DNA from: Candidatus Peregrinibacteria bacterium Gr01-1014_25
Lineage (GTDB): Bacteria > Patescibacteriota > Gracilibacteria > Peribacterales > Peribacteraceae
Assembly (NCBI GenBank): GCA_007376205.1
Contig: VMFU01000001.1
Span: forward strand, 94,661-158,660
Reading direction: 5' to 3'
Length of the DNA: 64,000 nucleotides
The notes beneath the pieces are model-generated. The model was not told the DNA's origin and searched no databases. It worked only from the letters and a program-made list of their open reading frames with translations. The first letter of the stretch is position 1; each line of letters opens with the position of its first letter. Positions 45,155 to 52,465 of this stretch are shown here, in pieces. The translations under genes and the position numbers were made by a program.

Positions 45155-45217
45155 TACGGAGGGGGGATCGGTGACGCCCCCATGCTGCACGGATGAGCAC
45201 ATTCTGTCCAACATTGA

Positions 45218-45245
45218 AAATTAGCACTAGTATTTTTTATTTCTA
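45218..45245 (-). promoter_or_regulatory. Candidate promoter of the Cys-rich array
   Basis: On the coding strand: TAGAAA-N16 (ending TGC)-TAATTT. The predicted TSS near 45211 would lie downstream of the 45214 ATG, which favours the 45154 start. Confidence 0.35.
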
Positions 45246-45261
45246 TGAAGCCAAAAATTGA

Positions 45262-45270
45262 TGATAAAAT
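45262..45270 (+). promoter_or_regulatory. Candidate extended -10 (TGATAAAAT) for the TrmB-like gene
   Basis: TGnTAAAAT lies 24 nt upstream of ATG 45295, in an AT-rich 80-nt divergent region. Confidence 0.35.
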
Positions 45271-45294
45271 TGTGTAGAAAAAGTTCGACAACAG

Positions 45295-46131
45295 ATGTAT
45301 TCTCTTGCCGAAAGCATGATCTCCGAACTCCTCAAGCTCGGCCTCACGGATGAAGAAGCCCGTGTGTATCTCGCATGCCTCGAGATCAACGGCGGTCCCG
45401 TGTCACTCATCGCGAAGAAGGCGAACACCCATCGCGTGAGCTGCTATCACACCCTCGAGAATTTGCTGCGGAAAAATCTCTTGAGCCAGTACAACCGCAA
45501 CGGCGTGAAATGTTTCGCGCCGGAGCCGCCCGAGCAGTTGCTCAAGCTCACGGAGGAAAAGGTGCATCTCGCCCGCGGCCTGCTCCCACAGCTGCAGTCC
45601 ATCGCTAGCACGCTGGCATTCAAACCGAAGATCCGCTTCTACGAAGGGCGCGACGGCGTGGAACGTGTGTACGGCGAATCGCTCGAGCTGCGGCCGGAGA
45701 TCGACGCGAAGAAACAGCGGGCGGACCACGGCATCGTGCGCGGCGCGGCGCCCGCCGAAATCCTGGGATACACGAACCTCAAGACCGTCACGACGTTCTT
45801 CCCTGAATTTTTCCGCCAATACACGCACGAACGTTTGTGCCGCGGCATCAAGACGCGCTACCTGTCACCGACGACCGTCGAGAGCGTGCACGCCATCGAC
45901 CCTTTCCTGCCGTCGCGGTACGACGCCAACCTCATCGAAATCCTCCTCGTGAACAAGGAACAATTCCCGTTCGACAACGAAGTGCTGATCTTCGGCAGCA
46001 AAGTCTGCGTCGTGTCGCTCAATCCCGACGAATTGCTCGGCCTCGTCGTGGAAAGCGCGACATTCGCACGGACGATGAAGGCGGTGTTCGATTTAGCATG
46101 GCTTGGCGCGACGGCCTTCGTCGCCAAGTGA
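45295..46131 (+). CDS. TrmB-family transcriptional regulator (winged HTH)
   Basis: LLKLGLTDEEARVYLACLEINGGPVSLIAKKANTHRVSCYHTLENLLRKNLL is a typical TrmB N-terminal HTH. 278 aa. Confidence 0.75.
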   Translation: MYSLAESMISELLKLGLTDEEARVYLACLEINGGPVSLIAKKANTHRVSCYHTLENLLRKNLLSQYNRNGVKCFAPEPPEQLLKLTEEKVHLARGLLPQLQSIASTLAFKPKIRFYEGRDGVERVYGESLELRPEIDAKKQRADHGIVRGAAPAEILGYTNLKTVTTFFPEFFRQYTHERLCRGIKTRYLSPTTVESVHAIDPFLPSRYDANLIEILLVNKEQFPFDNEVLIFGSKVCVVSLNPDELLGLVVESATFARTMKAVFDLAWLGATAFVAK

Positions 46132-46656
46132 GTGTTTGCCATTCGCACACCCGCATTCCTCGCTCTTCTTCCCGCAACATCCCCGCTCTTCGGGCAGATC
46201 CAGCTTGAACCTGCCCTCGCGGAAATCGATCGTCGCGCCGCCAATGCGGGCGAGCGTGAGCGGCAAGGCGATGATTGTGAGATCGACGGCGGAATGGGAG
46301 AAAACCAGCGCCTCTGCGGGAATGTCGGCGCGGAATTCCATGCAGAAGCCGCCATGCCCGTCGGCGACGACTTCGAGCGCCTGGGACAGGCGCTGCTCGG
46401 CTTCGGCGATCGCGCGCAGGTGCTCCGCCGCGGGCTGCGTGACGTTGAGCGTCTGACTGCGTGCGGGCCGCGCACGGAGAAGCTCGTTGAGCTCCCCCAC
46501 GAGCATGGCGATGTCCTCGGCGGGGAACCCGTGGCTCGCGCATCCGTCCTCGAGCGTTTCGATGTCGCTATAGTCGCAGGCGAAACAGTGCAATCCGTAC
46601 CGCGCGAGCACCGGCTCCGCCTCGGGCAGAATCGTGATGATTTCCTGCACGCGCAT
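46093..46656 (-). CDS. DUF1858 (redox-disulfide CxxC) / HesB-IscA-like fusion protein
   Basis: Start at MRVQEIITILPEAEPVLARYGLHCFACDYSDIETLEDG (DUF1858-like). It continues with LNVTQPAAEHLRAI..ALEVVADGHGGFCMEF (IscA/HesB-like fold) and a Cys-rich tail CCGKKSEECGC. The last 39 nt overlap the convergent TrmB gene. Confidence 0.55.
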   Translation of the reverse strand: MRVQEIITILPEAEPVLARYGLHCFACDYSDIETLEDGCASHGFPAEDIAMLVGELNELLRARPARSQTLNVTQPAAEHLRAIAEAEQRLSQALEVVADGHGGFCMEFRADIPAEALVFSHSAVDLTIIALPLTLARIGGATIDFREGRFKLDLPEERGCCGKKSEECGCANGKHSLGDEGRRAKPC

Positions 46657-46763
46657 CGCCCCCGTGATCTTCGGTTTCCTTGGCATCCTTGGTTGCCTTG
46701 GTTTCCCCGTCGGCACTTTTCCCATATTCTGATGCTCGCCAGAGATTCCATCACTGTCAATTC

Positions 46764-48017
46764 ATGCCGCCGAATTTCTCGCCAATCTCGCGCCCGTTGC
46801 TCGTCGTCTGCCTGCTCATCATCAGCCTCGCCATCGGGTGGAGGCTGGGGGGGCAAGCGGAGCGCGTGCACCTCGCCGTGGAGCATGAGCGCATTGCCGA
46901 GCTTTTCCGGCAGAGCGATGACGCGGTCACGGACGATCCGGAGAAAAGCGTCTCGCTCGATTTGCTCTGGAGTGTGTGGCGTCTACTCCAAGACCACTAC
47001 ATCGATCCGGGCGATCTGAAGCGGGGTCCGATGGTGTACGGCGCCGTGCGGGGCATGGTCAGCGCGATCGGCGATCCGTACACGTCGTTCCTGACGCCCG
47101 AGGAACACGCCGAATTCCAGGAGGGGCTCGACGGCCACCTGCAGGGCATCGGCGCGGAATTGAGCACGCGCGACGGGCTGATCGTCATCGTCTCGCCGAT
47201 CAAGAAATCGCCGGCCGAACGTGCGGGGCTGCTTCCGGGCGACATCATCACGGAGGTCGACGATTGGCCCACCTATGGCAAAACTCTCGCGGAAGTCGTG
47301 AAGCGCATCCGTGGCAAGCGCGGCACGACCGTGACGCTGACGATCGAGCGCGACGGCGAGCGCGAACCGGTCTCCGTCACGATCACGCGCGCAGACATCA
47401 CCGTCCCCAGCGTCGAATTGCGCTATCAAAAGGACAAACAGGGAGTGATCGCCATTGCGGAAGTGAACCAGTTCGGTTCGGACACGACCGCGGAATTGAC
47501 GTCCGCGCTGCGAGATGTCCTGCGCCACGGGAACATCAGTGGCTTGGTACTTGACCTGCGATACAACGGCGGCGGCTACCTGACCGGAGCGGTGGAGATG
47601 TCGTCGCTGTTCCTCACGAAGGGCAAAGTCGTGACGGTTGAGCGCCGCGAAGGCGAGCCGCAGCGCCATTACGTCGACGGGCGGCCGCTCCTCCCCGATC
47701 TGCCGATGGTCATCCTGATCAACGAGGGAACGGCGAGCGCGGCGGAGATCGTCGCCGGCGCGCTTCGGGACGCGGAGCGCGCGACGATCGTCGGCACAAA
47801 GAGTTTCGGGAAGGGAACGGTGCAGGAGGTCATCGAACTCCCCGGCGGAAGCAGCCTGCGCGTGACGACGGCACACTGGCTCACGCCGAGCGGCCGCAAT
47901 CTCGCCAAGGAAGGCATTACGCCGGACGTCGTCGTGGAACGCACGAAAGAAGACCGTGAAGCGAACCGCGATCCGCAACTGGACGCGGCGATCGCGCATC
48001 TCCTGAAGGGGAGATGA
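46764..48017 (+). CDS. Carboxyl-terminal processing protease (peptidase S41)
   Basis: TM anchor, PDZ domain (SPAERAGLLPGDIITEVDD), catalytic INEGTASAAEIVAGAL and GTKSFGKGTVQ. Confidence 0.9.
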   Translation: MPPNFSPISRPLLVVCLLIISLAIGWRLGGQAERVHLAVEHERIAELFRQSDDAVTDDPEKSVSLDLLWSVWRLLQDHYIDPGDLKRGPMVYGAVRGMVSAIGDPYTSFLTPEEHAEFQEGLDGHLQGIGAELSTRDGLIVIVSPIKKSPAERAGLLPGDIITEVDDWPTYGKTLAEVVKRIRGKRGTTVTLTIERDGEREPVSVTITRADITVPSVELRYQKDKQGVIAIAEVNQFGSDTTAELTSALRDVLRHGNISGLVLDLRYNGGGYLTGAVEMSSLFLTKGKVVTVERREGEPQRHYVDGRPLLPDLPMVILINEGTASAAEIVAGALRDAERATIVGTKSFGKGTVQEVIELPGGSSLRVTTAHWLTPSGRNLAKEGITPDVVVERTKEDREANRDPQLDAAIAHLLKGR

Positions 48018-48121
48018 AGCTCCACCGGCGTACGCCGGTGGCATCTTCAGATGCTGCAGCGCAACCGCGCCGAAGCATATCCGGCTACGCTTGCGAGCTA
48101 CGCCGCGATACCCGCATTCAT

Positions 48122-48147
48122 CCACCACCTGACGGTGGTGGCTTTCT
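48122..48147 (+). terminator. Hairpin CCACCACC-tgac-GGTGGTGG followed by CTTTCT
   Basis: 8-bp GC-rich stem with a short pyrimidine/T tract, downstream of the S41 protease gene. Confidence 0.4.
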
Positions 48148-48206
48148 GCGGAGGCGGGTAAAAGCAACCCGTAGCCTTGGCGAAGGAGGGTCGGTATCCT
48201 CATTGC

Positions 48207-48833
48207 ATGCGCCTTCCCGCCGAGCTCGAGCGGCGTCTGACGGAACTTTTCCCCCGCGTGCGGGAGCGCGAGCGTTTCATCGCGGACACGCTGCGCGCGG
48301 CGCTCGAGGGCAAACCCGCGCCGGAGGAGGACCAACCGACGGCCATCGGCGGCACGCTGCATTTGTTCACCGATGGCGGATCGCGGGGCAATCCTGGGCA
48401 AGCGGCCATCGCCTGCATCCTGGAAGACCCCATCGAAGGCAAGGTTCTCGCCGAGCACGCGGAAACGATCGGCGTGGAGACGAACAACGTCGCCGAGTAC
48501 AAAGCGTTGATTGCCGGCCTGGGGTTGGCGAAAAAATTCCAGCCCAACCGTCTCATTTGCCACCTCGATTCCGAGCTCATCGTCCGCCAGCTCAACGGTG
48601 AGTACCGCGTGAAAATGCCCGCGCTCAAGGTGTTCGTCGATGAAGTGCAGTCACTCGCCGCCGAACTGCCCGACGTCGTCTTCTTGCACATCCCGCGCGA
48701 GGACAACTACCGCGCGGACTCGCTCGTGAACCGCGCACTCGACGAAGAAGCGAAGGCGCGGAAGGGTACCATGCCTCCACGGCGCCCCACGCCCCGACCC
48801 GAGCCGCCGCAGCGAAAGTGGGAGTGGGAATGA
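48207..48833 (+). CDS. rnhA: Ribonuclease HI family protein with an N-terminal extension of about 45 aa
   Basis: LFTDGGSRGNPGQAAIA, ETNNVAEYKALIAGL, DSELIVRQL and HIPREDNYRADSLVNRA (DEDD residues). The start could be 48177. Confidence 0.8.
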   Translation: MRLPAELERRLTELFPRVRERERFIADTLRAALEGKPAPEEDQPTAIGGTLHLFTDGGSRGNPGQAAIACILEDPIEGKVLAEHAETIGVETNNVAEYKALIAGLGLAKKFQPNRLICHLDSELIVRQLNGEYRVKMPALKVFVDEVQSLAAELPDVVFLHIPREDNYRADSLVNRALDEEAKARKGTMPPRRPTPRPEPPQRKWEWE

Positions 48834-48870
48834 AAGAAAGAAACTGTGAAATCCGAAAGAAATTCCCATC

Positions 48871-50313
48871 ATGAAAACAGTAAACGGGCCAAACAATGTT
48901 TTGGTCATTCGGATTTGGATGTTTCTTCGGATTTCGGATTTTGTTGTTTGCAGATTTGGGATTTCATCGCGGACATTCTTTCATCACAATGCTTCCGTGT
49001 TCTGCCGTCGCATCATCGTTGGTCTCCTCGGCATCTTCGGTCTCCTTGGTCTCTTGCAGCCCGGGGCTGCCGCCGCGGCCTCCCTCACGTGGCGCCATGC
49101 CCATTGGCTCTTTCCGGTGACGCAGCAAGACATCGCGCTGTGGCGCGCGGACGAGGACGTGTGGACGCTCGACAGTCTCGCAATCACTCCGCCGTCGTCC
49201 CTGCGTGTCGACGGTGACGATGTTCCGCCGCTCCCGCGCGGGATAACCCGTTCGCTCCGACAGACGTGGGACCGCGCCAGAATCGAACGCACCCTGCGCG
49301 CCCGCGTTCTGCCCTCCGTGGAGCGCGAACCGCGCACGGTGACGATGAGCCTCTCTTCGACGGGAACCGTGACATTCGACGGCGTCGGGCTTCCGGGCAG
49401 GAAGGTCGACGTCCACCGCGCAGTGGACCTCACGATCGCGGCGCTCGAGGCAAATATCCCCGACGTGGAACTCCCCATGGATGATGTGCAGCCCGCGATG
49501 CATATCGCCGAACAGCTGCGCCGTCGCGGCATCAACGAGGTGCTGGTCGTCGGCGAATCGATTTATGCAGGATCGCCCGTCAATCGGCGGCATAACATCG
49601 GTGTCGGATTGCGGCGCTTCAACGGTCACATCATTCCGCGTGACGGCACGTTCTCCTTCAACACCGTCCTCGGTCCCGTCGATGCGCGAACGGGATACCG
49701 GAAAGAACTGACAATCAAGGGCGACAAGACGCTCCCCGATTACGGCGGAGGCCTGTGCCAGGTCAGCACGACCGTCTACCGCGGGGCATGGGAGTACGGC
49801 CTGCCCATCGTTCAGCGTCGCAATCACAGTTACACCGTCCGGTACTACGCGCCGGCGGGAACGGATGCCACGGTCTACCCGCCGCACACGGATGTGCGAT
49901 TTATGAACGACAGCCCGGGGGACATCCTCCTGCAGACCCATTACGAGCAGGATCGCGCGTACGTCATCTACTACGGCACAAACGACGGCCGCCGCACCGC
50001 TTTCGCCGGGCCGTTCACCTGGGGGCAGCAACCACCACCGCCGCCGCGCACCGAAGAGACGACGGAAATTCCGCCGGGCGAAACGCGGAAGGTCGGCGAA
50101 GCCGTGCCGGGGATGAAGGCGTTGTGGTACCGCATCGTCTCCAGCGGCACCGGGGAAATCGTCGAGCCGGTATTCTCGTCTTACGAAGCGCGGCCGCTCT
50201 TCACGCAGTACGGCGTCGCCTCCTCTGCTCCGCCCCTCTTTCTTTCTTCGCCCGCTTCTTCGTCATCGAGCAGCCGCGCGGCTGCCGGAGCACGGAGAGG
50301 CGTGAGGAGATGA
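48871..50313 (+). CDS. VanW-family protein (membrane-anchored)
   Basis: TM segment IIVGLLGIFGLLGLL. VanW core is DYGGGLCQVSTTVYRGAWEYGLPIVQRRNHSY. The start is uncertain (48871 or 48919). Confidence 0.8.
   Translation: MKTVNGPNNVLVIRIWMFLRISDFVVCRFGISSRTFFHHNASVFCRRIIVGLLGIFGLLGLLQPGAAAAASLTWRHAHWLFPVTQQDIALWRADEDVWTLDSLAITPPSSLRVDGDDVPPLPRGITRSLRQTWDRARIERTLRARVLPSVEREPRTVTMSLSSTGTVTFDGVGLPGRKVDVHRAVDLTIAALEANIPDVELPMDDVQPAMHIAEQLRRRGINEVLVVGESIYAGSPVNRRHNIGVGLRRFNGHIIPRDGTFSFNTVLGPVDARTGYRKELTIKGDKTLPDYGGGLCQVSTTVYRGAWEYGLPIVQRRNHSYTVRYYAPAGTDATVYPPHTDVRFMNDSPGDILLQTHYEQDRAYVIYYGTNDGRRTAFAGPFTWGQQPPPPPRTEETTEIPPGETRKVGEAVPGMKALWYRIVSSGTGEIVEPVFSSYEARPLFTQYGVASSAPPLFLSSPASSSSSSRAAAGARRGVRR
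48908..48941. repeat. Cluster of TTCGGATTT copies (at least 3 direct, plus degenerate copies and one inverted at 48849-48857)
   Basis: TTCGGATTT occurs at 48908-48916, 48926-48934 and 48933-48941. TTGGGATTT is at 48956-48964 and AAATCCGAA at 48849-48857. Confidence 0.6.
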
Positions 50314-50903
50314 TCGGCGAGGAGGGCTTCGCAAAACCTCCGGACAGCTCGACCGCACGGCCTCTGCGCGCATGATCGCCATGCGTCGGTACTTCGGCAG
50401 GCAAGGATGTACGCGCGGTCTTCCGCGCCGAGCATGGCGAAACGCGGTTCATCTTGTGTCGACGGCAGTGCGCCGAGAATGGCGAGGAGTCGCAGCGTGA
50501 ACGCGGGAACGGGGTCCGCTTGCGACGTCGTGCAGAGCGTGGCGAAGTCGACGGCGAGATCGTAGACGTCCACAACCGGCTCGGCATCCTCCAGCAGGAC
50601 CGTCAGCAGAATTTCCATGCCACGCGAGAGCCGCGCGAACGCGCGGACATCCGCCCACGCGGCCGGCACATCGGCTGATGCGGATGCCGCGGTCACGAGC
50701 CACCCGGCGGAGCGCTCACAGATGTTCACGCTGACGCAGCGGCCGGGGAGAACGCCCGCCATGCGGCTCTCGGCACGCCGCGCGCCGCAAACCCGCGCCG
50801 GAATGCGCCCCATTTCCCGCGTCAGGAGAATGCAGAAGCGATCCGCCTCGCCGACATCGATGGCGCGGAGGACGAGCGCGGAGCAGACGTACGTGCGCGG
50901 CAT
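50181..50903 (-). CDS. recO: DNA repair protein RecO
   Basis: MPRTYVCSALVLRAIDVGEADRFCILLTREMG.. is a typical RecO OB-fold N-terminus. 240 aa. The tail overlaps the VanW gene end by 133 nt. Confidence 0.75.
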   Translation of the reverse strand: MPRTYVCSALVLRAIDVGEADRFCILLTREMGRIPARVCGARRAESRMAGVLPGRCVSVNICERSAGWLVTAASASADVPAAWADVRAFARLSRGMEILLTVLLEDAEPVVDVYDLAVDFATLCTTSQADPVPAFTLRLLAILGALPSTQDEPRFAMLGAEDRAYILACRSTDAWRSCAQRPCGRAVRRFCEALLADHLLTPLRAPAAARLLDDEEAGEERKRGGAEEATPYCVKSGRAS

Positions 50904-50907
50904 CGAA

Positions 50908-51795
50908 TTACGGGGAATTAGGAGCGCGGAGGACGCGCACGGCGACGCCGAGCACCGCGATCACTGGCGAGCAAAGCAGGAGGAGGGCCGTCGCGCCCGC
51001 AACGTTGAGCATGGGGCGTTGCAAGGTCGCAAAGGGCAACGCGCTCCACGATGCATCGGAGAAGGAAAGCGCGAGCCATGCGAGTATGAGGGCGGCCAAG
51101 GCGATGACGAGACTGCTGAGCGCAGCCGCCTGGATAGTCGCGGCGCGCAGCGCGACGAGCGGCCGGTGGACGACGAACGCCTCCCGCAACGACCGAGCCG
51201 AGAGCAGGGCGTCTGGAAAGCGCAGCAGCGATGGCAAGAGAAAGACGCACAAGGCCGCCGCGAGCGCGGCGAACGCACTTCCGGCGGCGGCAATCCCCTG
51301 CAAAAGCAGAAGGGCATCTTGCGCCACGACGCCGGCCTCCCGCGCGGCATCCGCCGTCGACGGCCCGAGGACGGGAGCCCAGAGGGGATCGGCCAGGAAG
51401 CTGGCGAGTGCGGGGTAATCCGTCGCTGCATGCAGGGTCACGGCATAGGTATTGGGCACGGCCGCAGTGTCCCGTAGCAGGCCGCGCGCAGGATCATCGG
51501 CTGTCAGGGTATCGAGGAAGCGCGCCGCGCCCATGTACGTCACGCGCGTGACGCCGGGAACGGCGCGCAGAGCGGCGGCGAAGGGCGCCGTGCTCGCAGC
51601 ATCCCCCGTCACATCAATGTGGATCGTTGCTCCGGCGTTGGCCCGCTCGAGAAGCTCGCCTGCACCGGCACGGGCGATGAGGAGGGTATCGACAACCAGC
51701 AGCAGAACGACGCATGCCGCCAAGCGCCCGCGTACGGCGGGCGCGCTGTAGAGCATGGACCAACCGGTGCGGACGAAATCCACAAAGGGAGACAC
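50908..51795 (-). CDS. FtsX-like permease family protein (cell-division type)
   Basis: GTG start. TM1 is followed by an extracytoplasmic domain (GVTRVTYMGAARFLDTL..VPNTYAVTL, resembling the FtsX ECD) and three C-terminal TM segments. No ftsE is adjacent. Confidence 0.5.
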   Translation of the reverse strand: MSPFVDFVRTGWSMLYSAPAVRGRLAACVVLLLVVDTLLIARAGAGELLERANAGATIHIDVTGDAASTAPFAAALRAVPGVTRVTYMGAARFLDTLTADDPARGLLRDTAAVPNTYAVTLHAATDYPALASFLADPLWAPVLGPSTADAAREAGVVAQDALLLLQGIAAAGSAFAALAAALCVFLLPSLLRFPDALLSARSLREAFVVHRPLVALRAATIQAAALSSLVIALAALILAWLALSFSDASWSALPFATLQRPMLNVAGATALLLLCSPVIAVLGVAVRVLRAPNSP

Positions 51796-51810
51796 ACGGG
51801 CAAGGATAGC

Positions 51811-52428
51811 TCACCCCTTCACTTTTCGCTGGCCGTTCGTCGAGACCCCCCGCTCCAGCCGCTCAATGGCGGCCACGCACTCGCGCGCGCGGTCGTTGGC
51901 AGGATCGAGTTCGATGGCGCGCCCGAAGAGCGCCTTCGCCTTCTTGAGATTGCGCAGTTCGACGTAAGCGACACCCAGATCGCAGAGCGTGAGGGCGTTC
52001 TCGTGATCCAGATTCAGCGCACGTTCGAGTGTTACCACGCCTTCCGGACGGTGGCCCTGGTGGAACATCGCCCATCCCAGGCACCGCAGAATCTCCCCGT
52101 TGTTCGGCTTCAGTTTGTTCGCGCGCTTCAGGTGCGCGACGGCATCATCCCACTCCCCTTCATGTGAACGCACGAAACCGAGGATGTATTCGCCGGTGTA
52201 ACTCTTCGAATCCAATTGAATCGCCTGTTGGGCCGCCGTTTCGGCGCGCTCATACGCCTCCAGGCTCAACTCGTTATCCGCGATCTCCTCCAATGCCGTG
52301 ACGTTGCCGGGGTCCTCCTCCAGTAGCTGCTCGAGGATGATGATCGCCTCGCGGTATTGGCCGGCGAGCTTGAGCTGTTCGGCCTGTTCCAGGCGCTGCA
52401 TGCCGGGCGGCGGTGTCGGATCGGTCAT
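51811..52428 (-). CDS. TPR-repeat protein
   Basis: Start set at MTDPTPPPG. It contains repeated 34-aa TPR units (..YREAIIILEQLLEEDP.., ..CLGWAMFHQGHRPEGVVTLERALNLD.., ..CDLGVAYVELRNLKKAKALFGRAIELDP..). Confidence 0.7.
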   Translation of the reverse strand: MTDPTPPPGMQRLEQAEQLKLAGQYREAIIILEQLLEEDPGNVTALEEIADNELSLEAYERAETAAQQAIQLDSKSYTGEYILGFVRSHEGEWDDAVAHLKRANKLKPNNGEILRCLGWAMFHQGHRPEGVVTLERALNLDHENALTLCDLGVAYVELRNLKKAKALFGRAIELDPANDRARECVAAIERLERGVSTNGQRKVKG

Positions 52429-52465
52429 GGCAGAAATGGGGATGGGGGGCGAGACGGCGCGAATC

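Noticed and set aside
38439-45214. The Cys-rich array as a diversity-generating retroelement target, RiPP precursor/radical-SAM cluster, or secreted adhesin set.
   Set aside because: The window contains no reverse transcriptase, template/variable repeat pair, radical-SAM (CxxxCxxC) enzyme or peptidase/export genes. There are no signal peptides or TM segments, and the paralogs are far too large for RiPP precursors.
50181-50313. The 133-nt convergent overlap of the VanW and RecO ORFs, and the 39-nt overlap at 46093-46131, as possible antisense regulation.
   Set aside because: Both overlapping tails are low-complexity (Ser/Ala/Arg-rich) and probably reflect late stop codons in GC-rich sequence. 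There is no independent evidence of function.
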